DNA of 64,000 nucleotides from an uncultured virus (IMG/VR IMGVR_UViG_3300031951_000103) (lineage: Duplodnaviria; Heunggongvirae; Uroviricota; Caudoviricetes): the IMG/VR virus record IMGVR_UViG_3300031951_000103; one strand, 5' to 3'. The notes under the pieces were generated by a model. The model searched no databases and had not been told where the DNA came from. It worked only from the letters and a program-made list of their open reading frames with translations. Numbering within the stretch: the first letter of the stretch is position 1; each line of letters begins with the position of its first letter. The translations under genes were made by a program, and so were the position numbers. Of this stretch, positions 6,680 through 16,889 are shown one piece after another.

Positions 6680-8878
6680 ATGACCAAAAAATATCCAAAA
6701 AGCGATGCTATAGCTGATGCTGCGCTAGAAAACCAAGAAGCATATGTTACATGGGGAGAAGATCTTCAAAGTAAACAGGATGCTCTTAAACAATCATCAG
6801 AATGCTTGAATGAATATGGCCTATATAAGGCAACCTCAGCATACAGAGGAAGAACAAATGACTATAGTAATCTTTTACCAAATGTAAGTGGTAAACCAGG
6901 ATTAACTCGTGGTGGATATGATTATTTCCGACCAGGAGAAGCAGTTCCTACACAAATTAAAGAAATTATAGACAGAGCAGAAGAGATATATCAAAAAGTT
7001 GGATTAGTTAAAAATGTTATTGATCTAATGGCAGACTTCGCTGTACAAGGAATAAAACCAGTATGTAAAAATAAAAGAACAGAAAGATTTTATCGTAAAT
7101 GGTTCAAAAAAGTCAAAGGCAAAGACAGAAGTGAAAGATTCTTAAATAATTTATATAAAACAGCAAATATAGTAATTAATAGACAAACAGCTAAAATTAG
7201 TTTAAAAACAGCAGAAGATTTTTTTAGAGCCACATCGACAGCAGATACTACAGAACAAGACGAAGACAATATACCTGTAGATAAAAGAGAAATTCCTTGG
7301 AGATATACATTTATAGATCCTGTTTATGTTAATGTTGCGGCAGGGTCTTTATCTTCATTTGTTGGTAAAAAACGATATGAATTATTAATACCGTCATCAT
7401 TAAGAAAAATTATTAATAGTCCCAAAACAGATAATGAAAAATTAATTGTTTCATCATTACCAGAACAAATAGTATTAGCGGCTAAAAATAAAAAACCCTA
7501 TCCATTAGATCCAGAAAAAACCTTAGTATTTCATTATAAAAAAGACGATTGGCAGAGCTGGGCATACCCAATGATTTATAGCATCATGGATGATATAACA
7601 GTAATAGAGAAACTTAAATTAGCTGATATGTCAGCCTTAGATGGTGCCATTAGTAATATTCGTATTTTTAAACTTGGTAGTCTTGAGCATAAAATTGCCC
7701 CAACAAAAGCCGCTGCTAGTAAATTATCTGGAATATTACAAAATAATGTGGGAGGAGGAACTTTGGATCTTGTGTGGGGTCCAGATATCGAGTTAATTGA
7801 AAGCAATACAAATGTTCATCAATTTTTAGGTGAAGCAAAATATATTCCACACTTAAATAGTGTTTATGCTGGACTAGGAATTCCTCCAACTCTTACAGGA
7901 ACTTTTGGAGCAGCAGGAACTACGAATAATTTTATTAGCCTTAAAACATTAACTCAAAGATTGCAATACGGAAGAGATATGCTTGTCTCTTTTTGGGAAA
8001 AAGAATTCGAACTTGTACAAAAAGCTATGGGTTTTAAATATGCAGCAAAAGTAGAATTTGACAGAATGGATTTAAGTAATGAAGATGCCGAAAAGGCATT
8101 ACTTATACAACTTGCTGATAGAAATCTTATTAGTGATGAACTTATACAAAGCAGATTTGGTTTTGATCCGGAGATGGAAAAAATTAGACTTAATAGAGAA
8201 AATAAAGACAGAGCAGCCGAACGGATGGTTCCAAAAGCTGGTCCTTGGTATGATCCTATGTTCGAAGAATCATTGTTAAAAACTGCACTACAAATTGGAC
8301 TTGCTACCCCGAGTCAAGTTGGTCTAGAATTGCAAAAGAAAAAGGCTGGAGAAAAGACAGTTTTAGAAATGAAAACTCCATCAGGTCCTTTTGGTAATCC
8401 TGTTGGTGTTAAAGATTCGCCAGAATCTTTAAAAGGTCAACCAGAACAAGGAAGACCCAAGAATTCGAAAGATTCTAATAAAAGAAAAACAAAAAAATTT
8501 AGTCCACAAATTGGAGCAAAACTTCAACTTTGGGCAGATAATGCTCAAGACAATATTACAGATATATTAAATCCAATATTATTAGATTTCTATCAAAAGA
8601 AAAATATGAGAAGTTTATCTAATGATCAATATGCCGAGGCAGAAGCAATTAAAACCAAACTGCTTCTTTCTGCACAACCATATAAGCCTATAGATCAATC
8701 ATTTATTTCGTCTGGTTTAAAATTATTAAATAATAATACTAGTATTAATAAAATATATAATTATTATCAAATATTTTTAAATAATATGAAACACACTTTC
8801 TCTAGGGAGTTATCTGTACAAGAACTAAAACAACTTAAGTCGTATTTTTACTCTATGGTGTATGACAACTTAACCTAA
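6680..8878 (+). CDS. portal protein
   Basis: 732 aa directly after TerL; portal-like helical core with low-complexity C-terminus. Confidence 0.8.
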   Translation: MTKKYPKSDAIADAALENQEAYVTWGEDLQSKQDALKQSSECLNEYGLYKATSAYRGRTNDYSNLLPNVSGKPGLTRGGYDYFRPGEAVPTQIKEIIDRAEEIYQKVGLVKNVIDLMADFAVQGIKPVCKNKRTERFYRKWFKKVKGKDRSERFLNNLYKTANIVINRQTAKISLKTAEDFFRATSTADTTEQDEDNIPVDKREIPWRYTFIDPVYVNVAAGSLSSFVGKKRYELLIPSSLRKIINSPKTDNEKLIVSSLPEQIVLAAKNKKPYPLDPEKTLVFHYKKDDWQSWAYPMIYSIMDDITVIEKLKLADMSALDGAISNIRIFKLGSLEHKIAPTKAAASKLSGILQNNVGGGTLDLVWGPDIELIESNTNVHQFLGEAKYIPHLNSVYAGLGIPPTLTGTFGAAGTTNNFISLKTLTQRLQYGRDMLVSFWEKEFELVQKAMGFKYAAKVEFDRMDLSNEDAEKALLIQLADRNLISDELIQSRFGFDPEMEKIRLNRENKDRAAERMVPKAGPWYDPMFEESLLKTALQIGLATPSQVGLELQKKKAGEKTVLEMKTPSGPFGNPVGVKDSPESLKGQPEQGRPKNSKDSNKRKTKKFSPQIGAKLQLWADNAQDNITDILNPILLDFYQKKNMRSLSNDQYAEAEAIKTKLLLSAQPYKPIDQSFISSGLKLLNNNTSINKIYNYYQIFLNNMKHTFSRELSVQELKQLKSYFYSMVYDNLT

Positions 8879-10353
8879 TGGAATATAATATGATTATATA
8901 TAACCAAGAAAAATTAGATGGATTAGAACAAGCTATTGCTTCACAACAATTTATATCTGTAGCATCTATTGCTTCTCCAATTTCAGAAAACAATCAAAAA
9001 GTTGTTGCTAAAAACTTAAAATCATTAGCTTCTTATGATGATTCTGATCTTTATTATGTACAATCTATTTTAGTTACATCATCTTGGAATAAAAATGATG
9101 ATATATTTGATAAAGCAGAAGTGTGGGCAGCAAAAAATACTCCAGAAGATAAGCCAACAAACTTAGAACATGATGAAAACACTATTATTGGCCATATAGT
9201 ATCAAATTGGTCAATTACTGACGATGGAATTCTTATTGACGATTCCACACCTATAGAAAATTTGCCAGAAAAATTCCATATTGTAACAGGTTCTGTTATC
9301 TATAAAGCTTATGTTAATCCAGAATTAAAAGAAAGAACATCAAAATTAATAGCAGAAATAGAAAATGGATCAAAATATGTAAGTATGGAATGTATGTTTA
9401 AGGGTTTTGATTATGGATTAATCGACGAAAACACTGGCGAATATAAGATCTTATCAAGATCTAATGATACTGCTTTTCTAACAAAACACTTAAGAGCATA
9501 CGGAGGAAGTGGCAAATACGAAAACCATAAACTAGGAAGAGTACTAAGACAGATCACATTCTCTGGTAAAGGATATGTTGACAAACCAGCTAATCCAGAT
9601 AGTATAATATTTAGTAAAGAAAATTTTATGAATATTGAAAATATAAAAAATACTGAAAAAAGTTTTTCAGGTGTATCAGAAATAAGTACAAATCCAATGG
9701 AGACTAATAATATGAGTTTAGAAAAAGAAATAGCCGAAATTAAAGAAAAAGTAGAAGCCATGAAAGATTGTGCTTCAGCAACTCAAGAGGCATATGCTCA
9801 AGTTAGTGAGCTTAAAGATAAACTAGTTGCTTTAGAAACAGAATTATCACAAACTAAAACTGCTTACGACGAACTCGTTTCTTCAACAGAAGCAGCTAAA
9901 AAAATGAGTGAAGAAGAAATGATGAAGAAAGAAGAAGAAATGAAAAAGGCTAAATCTGATTTAGATGAGGCTTTGGCAGCTGTAGCTGCATATAAGATGA
10001 AAGAAGAAGAAATGATGAAGAAAGAAAAGAAAATGAAAAGAATGGCAAGTCTTTTAGAAAAAGGACTAGACCAAGAAACTGCTTCATCCGCTGTCGATAA
10101 TTTCGAATCACTAGAAGATAATGCTTTTGATGCTATGGTAGCACTAATCAGTAATGCTGCTAAAAAAATGTCACCAAAAAGCAAAGAAAACAACACAGTA
10201 AAAGCTGAAGAAGCTCTTGATAGTGTTGAATCTGAAACTGAACTTGATCTTAGTGCTGGTGAAGACAACACAGATAGTGTTGACTCAACTCGTGCAGCAT
10301 TAGTAGATTTTGTATGCGCTAGACTAGGTAAAAAACTTAATAAGGGAGAATAA
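8878..10353 (+). CDS. prohead protease-scaffold fusion
   Basis: N-terminal NKNDD.F / NLEH / VSMEC / V.KPANP protease-like motifs; C-terminal charged coiled coil; lies between portal and capsid. Confidence 0.7.
   Translation: MEYNMIIYNQEKLDGLEQAIASQQFISVASIASPISENNQKVVAKNLKSLASYDDSDLYYVQSILVTSSWNKNDDIFDKAEVWAAKNTPEDKPTNLEHDENTIIGHIVSNWSITDDGILIDDSTPIENLPEKFHIVTGSVIYKAYVNPELKERTSKLIAEIENGSKYVSMECMFKGFDYGLIDENTGEYKILSRSNDTAFLTKHLRAYGGSGKYENHKLGRVLRQITFSGKGYVDKPANPDSIIFSKENFMNIENIKNTEKSFSGVSEISTNPMETNNMSLEKEIAEIKEKVEAMKDCASATQEAYAQVSELKDKLVALETELSQTKTAYDELVSSTEAAKKMSEEEMMKKEEEMKKAKSDLDEALAAVAAYKMKEEEMMKKEKKMKRMASLLEKGLDQETASSAVDNFESLEDNAFDAMVALISNAAKKMSPKSKENNTVKAEEALDSVESETELDLSAGEDNTDSVDSTRAALVDFVCARLGKKLNKGE
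9712..10353 (+). CDS. nested in-frame scaffold protein (213 aa)
   Basis: GGTGTAT motif at 9670-9676, GGAG at 9699-9702 and in-frame ATG at 9712 at the start of the coiled-coil region. Confidence 0.5.
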   Translation: MSLEKEIAEIKEKVEAMKDCASATQEAYAQVSELKDKLVALETELSQTKTAYDELVSSTEAAKKMSEEEMMKKEEEMKKAKSDLDEALAAVAAYKMKEEEMMKKEKKMKRMASLLEKGLDQETASSAVDNFESLEDNAFDAMVALISNAAKKMSPKSKENNTVKAEEALDSVESETELDLSAGEDNTDSVDSTRAALVDFVCARLGKKLNKGE

Positions 10354-10357
10354 TAAT

Positions 10358-10816
10358 ATGGCTCTTAAATCAGATCGTATCGAACATTTAACAGATATCT
10401 CTTTTTTCATGACAACAACTGCCGAAAGAGGAGGTGTTGTTAGTGCCACCGCAACTAGTGGTTCTGGAGTATCAATGGATGATGCCAATGCAGTAGTAGC
10501 ATACAGTGCTGTAGGCACAGGCGTTAATCCAGTTGGCGTTCTTCTTAATGATGTTGTTAATTATGATTTAACAAGACAACACATCAATTGGCACAAAGAT
10601 GAAGTTCAAGTTGGTGGTAAAGTAACTTTACTTCGAGTAGGTCAAGTTACAACAAACATGCTTGTTCCAGGTATTAGTCCAACAGTAGGCACCAAAGCTT
10701 ATGTTGGCGCTAGTGGTCTAATTGGCACAAGTAGCACAAATTCTGTTCAAATCGGTTCGTTCCTCAGTAGTAAGGACGCCGATGGTTATGCCAAAGTATC
10801 CGTAAACATCGCTTAA
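10358..10816 (+). CDS. capsid decoration/cement protein
   Basis: 152 aa, Gly/Val/Thr-rich beta protein immediately before the major capsid gene; GGGAG RBS. Confidence 0.65.
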   Translation: MALKSDRIEHLTDISFFMTTTAERGGVVSATATSGSGVSMDDANAVVAYSAVGTGVNPVGVLLNDVVNYDLTRQHINWHKDEVQVGGKVTLLRVGQVTTNMLVPGISPTVGTKAYVGASGLIGTSSTNSVQIGSFLSSKDADGYAKVSVNIA

Positions 10817-10835
10817 TTTAAGGGAGAATAATAAT

Positions 10836-11864
10836 ATGTCCAATAAAGCTTTTGAACCAACACCAGAGCTTACTGATCTTCTAGTTCGTTCTGGTTCTTT
10901 AAATAAAGAAGAGGCTCTTGCAGCTAATGCCGAATTTGCAAAAGCTCTAGAACTTCCTCTTCGTCAGGGTATTTTAAATGGCGATATTCTAGACGGTATC
11001 TTTGAGCCAATCACACTAAGTCAAAGTGCCACTCCAGAATTTCCATTAGACTTTTTAGCTCCAGGCACCGAAAAAGATTTCGTAGCCTATACTATCCCAA
11101 ATCATGGATATATTCCAGAGCGTCACGTTGAAGGCGATTATGTCATGGTTCCAACCTATGATATTGGTGCTTCAATCGACTATCTCCTAAAATATGCTCG
11201 TGATGCTCGTTGGGACGTAGTTGGTCGTGCTATGGAAGTTATGGAAGCCCAATTCGTAAAGAAGATGAACGATGATGGCTGGCATACACTTCTAGCTGCT
11301 GGTGTTGATCGTAACATAGTAGTATTCGATAGTGATGCTGATCAAGGTCAATTTACCAAACGCTTAGTCAGTCTTATGAAGACTGTTATGCGTAGAAATG
11401 GTGGCGGCAATAGCGCAAGTAATAACCGTGGTATTCTAACTGACCTTTATGTCAGCCCAGAAGCTATGGAAGATATCCGCAACTGGGGGGTTGATCAAGT
11501 TGATGAAGTAACACGTAGAGAAATCTATGTTGCTGCTGATGGTAGTCTTAATCGTGTATTTGGAGTTAATTTACATGATCTAGACGAACTAGGCGAAGAT
11601 CAAGAATATCAGTTGTTCTACGAAAACGTTCTAAATGGTACACTACCACAAGATGTTGGTGGAGATGTAAATAACGACAAAGTTGAACTTGTTGTTGGTT
11701 TAGATCTTCGTAAGAGAGATAGTTTTATCATGCCAATTCGTGAACAAGTTCAAATCTTTGAAGATGATACATTACATCGTCAAAAGAGAGCTGGTTTCTA
11801 TGGATGGGCTGAACAAGGCTTTGCTGTTCTAGATAATCGCAGAGTTTTACTAGGCGCTCTCTAA
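10836..11864 (+). CDS. major capsid protein (HK97 fold)
   Basis: 342 aa, strong RBS, highly biased codons, followed by a terminator; canonical position. Confidence 0.85.
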   Translation: MSNKAFEPTPELTDLLVRSGSLNKEEALAANAEFAKALELPLRQGILNGDILDGIFEPITLSQSATPEFPLDFLAPGTEKDFVAYTIPNHGYIPERHVEGDYVMVPTYDIGASIDYLLKYARDARWDVVGRAMEVMEAQFVKKMNDDGWHTLLAAGVDRNIVVFDSDADQGQFTKRLVSLMKTVMRRNGGGNSASNNRGILTDLYVSPEAMEDIRNWGVDQVDEVTRREIYVAADGSLNRVFGVNLHDLDELGEDQEYQLFYENVLNGTLPQDVGGDVNNDKVELVVGLDLRKRDSFIMPIREQVQIFEDDTLHRQKRAGFYGWAEQGFAVLDNRRVLLGAL

Positions 11865-11892
11865 TTATCAGTTTATTTTCTCTTAAACAAGA

Positions 11893-11920
11893 AAGCCGCT
11901 CCTTTGGGGCGGCTTTTTTT
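11893..11920 (+). terminator. intrinsic terminator after the major capsid gene
   Basis: AAGCCGCTCC-TTT-GGGGCGGCTT hairpin followed by T-run. Confidence 0.9.
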
Positions 11921-11925
11921 GTATC

Positions 11926-11932
11926 GGTGTAT
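11926..11932 (+). promoter_or_regulatory. putative late promoter motif GGTGTAT (also 2275, 6637, 8857, 9670, 15110)
   Basis: Recurs about 15-55 nt upstream of structural gene starts; here directly after a terminator. Confidence 0.55.
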
Positions 11933-11967
11933 ATACTTTTATATCAAAATCAATAAGGAAATATTTT

Positions 11968-12492
11968 ATGTCATGGCAAAATGAAATGACTATTATGGTT
12001 AGAACGCTAATTAATGACAATATTGCTCCATACCAATTTTCTGATGAAAGAATACAACAGACTATCTTAGTTGCTGGAAAATATGTTCAATTTGATGTTG
12101 TTTTAGATCATCCATATACTATTGATGTTGTTAACGGTACTATTAATCCTGATCCTACTACTGATAGTGATGAAATTTTTATTATTTTAACTTCTCTTAA
12201 GGCTGCGTGTTTAGTAGACCAAGGCACACTAAGAACTAAAGCAGCAATGGATGGCGTTAGAGCAGCTCTTGGTCCAGCTAGTTTAAGTGTAACGGGATCC
12301 TCTGCTGGATGGGAGATGATTTTAAAACATGGTCCGTGTAAATTATATGACGATCTTGTTGAGCATTGGGACGTTGCTAATGCTAGCGCTATAGCTGCTG
12401 TATTAGGTCCATTTTCTGGTAATCAATTCGATCCAGAATTACAAAGAACTAAAAGTAGATTTGATCCATATAGAACTGGTTTTTATTCATAG
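11968..12492 (+). CDS. head-tail adaptor (neck) protein
   Basis: VRTLIND..YQFSDE.I motif typical of gp6/gp15-like adaptors; position after the capsid gene. Confidence 0.6.
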   Translation: MSWQNEMTIMVRTLINDNIAPYQFSDERIQQTILVAGKYVQFDVVLDHPYTIDVVNGTINPDPTTDSDEIFIILTSLKAACLVDQGTLRTKAAMDGVRAALGPASLSVTGSSAGWEMILKHGPCKLYDDLVEHWDVANASAIAAVLGPFSGNQFDPELQRTKSRFDPYRTGFYS

Positions 12493-12501
12493 GAATAATT
12501 T

Positions 12502-12897
12502 ATGTCATCATTTTGTGTTTCAATTTTTAATACATTAGAAAATCCAGCAGAAAATGACTCTTGCTTTGTGACAGCTACAAAAAATTTGACCTTAAATAAA
12601 GGAAGTAGTTATAGAATTACATTTTTAGTATCTAAAAACGGAGACGGTGTTGATCTTAGCTCATACTCATTAAGAGGAGATATTAGATCCTCGTCAACAT
12701 CAGATTTAATTTTATTAAATATGTCTACCTCAAATCTATTACTAAAAATAGATACTAATAATAGCGCTATAATTATGAATATTCCAGAAACTTTTACTCG
12801 GAGAATACAACAAAATATCGCTATCTATAATATAGAATTATTGAATAATAATTCTGAAACTAGTAAAATTGTTACTGGTATTATTACTTTTGTTTAA
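12502..12897 (+). CDS. virion structural protein with BppU-N-like beta domain
   Basis: LNKGSSY.I.F......VDLS.Y....IR pattern. Confidence 0.45.
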   Translation: MSSFCVSIFNTLENPAENDSCFVTATKNLTLNKGSSYRITFLVSKNGDGVDLSSYSLRGDIRSSSTSDLILLNMSTSNLLLKIDTNNSAIIMNIPETFTRRIQQNIAIYNIELLNNNSETSKIVTGIITFV

Positions 12898-12911
12898 TAT
12901 AAATATATAAC

Positions 12912-13421
12912 ATGAATATCATTACTAATGATTTAAAACTTCTATATAAAAATATGATAGATGAACTTCTCAGAGAAGGATCTTTATCTTTGCCATGTAA
13001 GCTTATCTATGAGGGATCAAAATTTATAGAGTGTGTTAATTGTTATATAGATCCTATATCTCATAAATCCAGCAACAGGCACAAAACTGGAGGACCATTA
13101 GTTTTCGCAGAAGGACAATTGTGTCCTTATTGTTCTGGCGCTGGAGGAATATTTCAAGAAGCATCAGAAACTATTAATATGTTGGTTTTGTTTGATTATA
13201 AATATTGGATTAATTTTAATGCTAAAATACATAGTCCAGACGGACTTGTTCAAACTATTAGTAAATTTGAAGATTTTCCTAAAATTAAAAGCTGCAATCA
13301 AATTATTATAGATAGCAATATACAAAACTATACTGAAAGTTATTATAAAAGAAATAGCGAACCAGAACCGTGCGGATTTGGAGATAGTTCTTATATTTTT
13401 ACGTATTGGAAGAAAATATGA
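12912..13421 (+). CDS. head closure/stopper-like protein with Cys4 motif
   Basis: CxxC...CxxCxG; neck-module position. Confidence 0.45.
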   Translation: MNIITNDLKLLYKNMIDELLREGSLSLPCKLIYEGSKFIECVNCYIDPISHKSSNRHKTGGPLVFAEGQLCPYCSGAGGIFQEASETINMLVLFDYKYWINFNAKIHSPDGLVQTISKFEDFPKIKSCNQIIIDSNIQNYTESYYKRNSEPEPCGFGDSSYIFTYWKKI

Positions 13422-14062
13422 CAAAACTATCATTTTCAATTAAATTATTAGAGAATAATTCTACTATATCTAAAAATATTGCACAGGCATTATTGTCGGA
13501 TGTGACAGCATATTTTAATAATATAGCAAATAAAATAAAACAAAATATACCAGATATAGTTATAAATAATATTATTAATCAACCAGAATATTCAGCATTA
13601 TCGAGTGGTAATTTACAATATGAATTAGGTATCACTAATCCAGCAGCTAGATTATCAGAAATTTTAGATACAATCAGATCTGGAACACTAGTAAATATTA
13701 AACCGCCTAAGATTATATCAAATAAAATTTCTGCTGGTATTAAATTACAAATGATACAAAAAGACTTTTCTGATTTATTAAGCTTGGGGTCATCTAGTTT
13801 TATAAGCGAAAAAGGGTCTCAAATAGATTGGTTAAGGTGGCTCTTATTAGAGGGTGATTCTGTTATTATTAGTGACTATAATTTTATTCTTGGACCAAAT
13901 GACGCATCAAGAACTGGCGGAGGTATAATGAGACAAACAAATGGAGGATCATGGAGAGTTCCTCCTGAATATGCTGGTAACATTAATAATAATTGGATTA
14001 CTAGAGGCTTAGACAGTGCCACATCACAAATAGATCAATTTATAACAAGTCTGATTAAATAA
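13418..14062 (+). CDS. neck/tail-completion protein
   Basis: Position; ATG at 13418 overlaps the previous stop. Confidence 0.45.
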   Translation: MTKLSFSIKLLENNSTISKNIAQALLSDVTAYFNNIANKIKQNIPDIVINNIINQPEYSALSSGNLQYELGITNPAARLSEILDTIRSGTLVNIKPPKIISNKISAGIKLQMIQKDFSDLLSLGSSSFISEKGSQIDWLRWLLLEGDSVIISDYNFILGPNDASRTGGGIMRQTNGGSWRVPPEYAGNINNNWITRGLDSATSQIDQFITSLIK

Positions 14063-14073
14063 AGGAATAAATT

Positions 14074-15057
14074 ATGGTTTTTAATCCATCTTTTATTGGT
14101 GTTCAAAGCTTAGGACAATCATTATTCATTAATGAATTAATAAATAATTATAAGTCTTTTCTGGACTGGGGATTTTTGAACATCGGAGGATTTACCAATG
14201 TATCGACACCAACAACAAATATAAATAATTTTAATTTACATATTTTAAAACCTACTAAAGATCCAAACTATACCACAAATACGGTATGGCAAACTCCTAG
14301 AAAAGATTGGGTTTACGAAAGTGGCATAAATTATAGTGGTGTACAACCAATAAATTTTAGTGGAATATATGTTGGATCTTCTTTTTACCCAGCTCCTACT
14401 GGAGATGCTAATATTGGATATAAAATTAATTATCCAGATGGTAGAGTTGTCTTTAATCAACCAATTCCCACAGGAACATCTGTGACAGCAGAATATTCTT
14501 ATAGAAATATTCAAATTTATAAAATGGAAGAATTTCCTTATTGGAAAGAAATCCAACAGGCGTCGTTAGAAAATAAAACAGGCTTTAGCTTATCAGACAA
14601 AGGGGAATTCAGTATTTCTGCTGAAAAACGAATTCAACTACCAGCCGTTATTATAGAAGCTGTAGCAAGATCAAATAGCAAGCCACTTCAACTAGGAGAC
14701 GTATCACAAATAATTGAACAAGATTTATTATTTCATATATTATCTGATAATTCTAAAGATAAAAATAATATAATTGATATTTTAAGATTACAAAAAGATA
14801 GAATTCTTTATTTATATAATACTGATAATGTAGTAAAATCTGGAGTATATCCTTTAAATTATGATGGTTCTAAAAATATAAATGGTCAAAATTATAATAT
14901 TATTGTAAATAATCCATCATACCAATGGATAAAATGTCGAATAAAAGATATTAATATTTCTGATATTAATTTTATTAATATTAGATTATATGGAGCTATT
15001 GTTAGAATTACAAACGAAGTATTGATATATAATCAAGATAATAGTTTATGTAATTAG
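14074..15057 (+). CDS. tail terminator/completion-like protein
   Basis: QLPAVIIE motif, inserted beta domain (INYPDGRVVF); precedes the tube genes. Confidence 0.5.
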   Translation: MVFNPSFIGVQSLGQSLFINELINNYKSFLDWGFLNIGGFTNVSTPTTNINNFNLHILKPTKDPNYTTNTVWQTPRKDWVYESGINYSGVQPINFSGIYVGSSFYPAPTGDANIGYKINYPDGRVVFNQPIPTGTSVTAEYSYRNIQIYKMEEFPYWKEIQQASLENKTGFSLSDKGEFSISAEKRIQLPAVIIEAVARSNSKPLQLGDVSQIIEQDLLFHILSDNSKDKNNIIDILRLQKDRILYLYNTDNVVKSGVYPLNYDGSKNINGQNYNIIVNNPSYQWIKCRIKDINISDINFINIRLYGAIVRITNEVLIYNQDNSLCN

Positions 15058-15161
15058 CCATAATTTATTTATATATTTATTTATATGATTATCGTTTTTT
15101 AATATTTTGGGTGTATGATAAGATATCATATTCCCAATGCAACTATTACGGAGATATTAAT

Positions 15162-15965
15162 ATGGCAGAGCGTATATTTTATGCCACACATAACGTTACT
15201 TTAGGAGGCGCCTCTCTTCAAGGCGTACAAAGTGTAAGCTTAACATCAAGCGTAGGTTTAGATCCAGTTTTTCAATTAGGTCAATGTGATCCGGTTGACT
15301 TTATTCAAAACGTGCCAGAAGTTGAAGTAACTATTACACGAGCAATACAGGGCGGGGCAGCTATTTCATTAGCTCTTAATAACCAAAGTTGTGAACTCGC
15401 TGAAGAACTTCTTAATGAAGAAAAAACAATTGTAATAGGTAGTTCAGAAGGTGGTTTTACAGTTGATAATGCTTTAATTAGTGGATATAGTGTTAACTTT
15501 ACTACTGACGGTGTGTTTACAGAAGAAATTACATATGTTGGAGACACTTTAACATCTGGTGGTTCTTTTAGCCCAAGTAATGATAATATCCATTTACCAT
15601 ACAGGCCAGACTGGACTGGTGTTAGTGGAGCTACTAGCGCTAGACTTACTCTTGCTATCAATAGAGAGCCAACCTTTGTTCTTGGTCAATATAGACCACT
15701 TAAAAGATTCGTACAGTTTCCAATCGAAGCTACTCTAGAAATTGGATATCTATTACCAGACGCTGGATCAACCCCAACAGATCCACCCGTTTGTGCCACT
15801 TTACCAAATGGTAATCAAAGCTTTAGTATTGGCGCTTGCGGTAGCACATGGTCTGTGAGTAACGCCAGATTAAGTAATATTGGTTATAGTGGTGGTGATG
15901 TTGGTGGTGGTAATGTTGAGGTTACCTATACATATACATCCTATAATAATTTTAGTATTGGCTAA
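15162..15965 (+). CDS. major tail tube protein, paralogue 1 (start revised to ATG 15162)
   Basis: GGAG RBS plus ATG; GVQSVSL...VFQLGQ...PEVEVTITR tube-like beta pattern with internal two-fold repeat. Confidence 0.65.
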   Translation: MAERIFYATHNVTLGGASLQGVQSVSLTSSVGLDPVFQLGQCDPVDFIQNVPEVEVTITRAIQGGAAISLALNNQSCELAEELLNEEKTIVIGSSEGGFTVDNALISGYSVNFTTDGVFTEEITYVGDTLTSGGSFSPSNDNIHLPYRPDWTGVSGATSARLTLAINREPTFVLGQYRPLKRFVQFPIEATLEIGYLLPDAGSTPTDPPVCATLPNGNQSFSIGACGSTWSVSNARLSNIGYSGGDVGGGNVEVTYTYTSYNNFSIG

Positions 15966-16022
15966 TAATAAGAATTCTTAATTTTTAAATTTAATTTATA
16001 TACAAACTAAAAGGACAAGTTT

Positions 16023-16889
16023 GTGCCTACAGGACCTACTATAAAAGTAAATCAGTTTCATAAGTTATCTGTTAGTAACTGTGGATATAATTTATCAGGA
16101 TTAATATCAGCAGAATATTCATTAAGTAGAAATATTAATGCTTTATATAGGCTTGGAAATAGAAGTCCTATAGCTACATACGGCGATATGCCAGAAATAC
16201 AAGTGTCATATACTGGACACGCACCAGAAATGGGCTCTTTTAATGTTACAGAAGCTAATAAATTAGCTACTATTGATATTTCTGGTTCTAATGGAGGAGT
16301 TAGTGCTAGTTTAGCTTTATTATCTAAATTTAGCTATAATTTTCAAACCGACGGACCTTTTACTATAACTAAATCATACACAGGATTTGCTAAACCATCT
16401 GGAGGCGGAGGCGGAGGAGGAGGTGGTGGTGGCGGATATGGCTCAGTATTAGTTGCTAAAAGACAGGATTATGGTGGAAATTTGCCAGCAGGTATTTCTG
16501 GCAATTATTTACAGTCTGTTAGTGCAGAGGTATCTATAAATAGACAAAATATAGGAGAATTTGCTACAAGAAAACCATATGCTTCTGTTGTGCAGTTTCC
16601 TTTACAACAAAGTATAACATATGAAGTAATAGCATCGTCTATGGATTCTATAACAATAAATGACTTATATACTGCTTGTAAAAATCCAGGTAGTCAAACA
16701 TATAGCGCTAGCATTAGTGCTTGTGGGGTCTCGTTTTCAATTAGTAAAGCTTATGTTACCAGTATACAATATAGTGGAGGAGAAGCTTCTTTAGGAAGCA
16801 AGCCACAAACAATTAGTATAACATATACTAGTTACGAAGATATACCAGGAATTAAACCAATAATTTATTTCGATGACACACCATGTTAA
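16023..16889 (+). CDS. tail tube-like protein, paralogue 2, with poly-Gly linker
   Basis: Shares INR...VQFP and ACG....S.A....I.YSGG...TYTSY with 15162..15965; AAGGA RBS, GTG start. Confidence 0.6.
   Translation: MPTGPTIKVNQFHKLSVSNCGYNLSGLISAEYSLSRNINALYRLGNRSPIATYGDMPEIQVSYTGHAPEMGSFNVTEANKLATIDISGSNGGVSASLALLSKFSYNFQTDGPFTITKSYTGFAKPSGGGGGGGGGGGGYGSVLVAKRQDYGGNLPAGISGNYLQSVSAEVSINRQNIGEFATRKPYASVVQFPLQQSITYEVIASSMDSITINDLYTACKNPGSQTYSASISACGVSFSISKAYVTSIQYSGGEASLGSKPQTISITYTSYEDIPGIKPIIYFDDTPC

Noticed and set aside
15111..15161. GTG start of the tail tube ORF in the track
   Set aside because: The GTG is part of the GGTGTAT motif; GGAG plus ATG at 15162 is the better start
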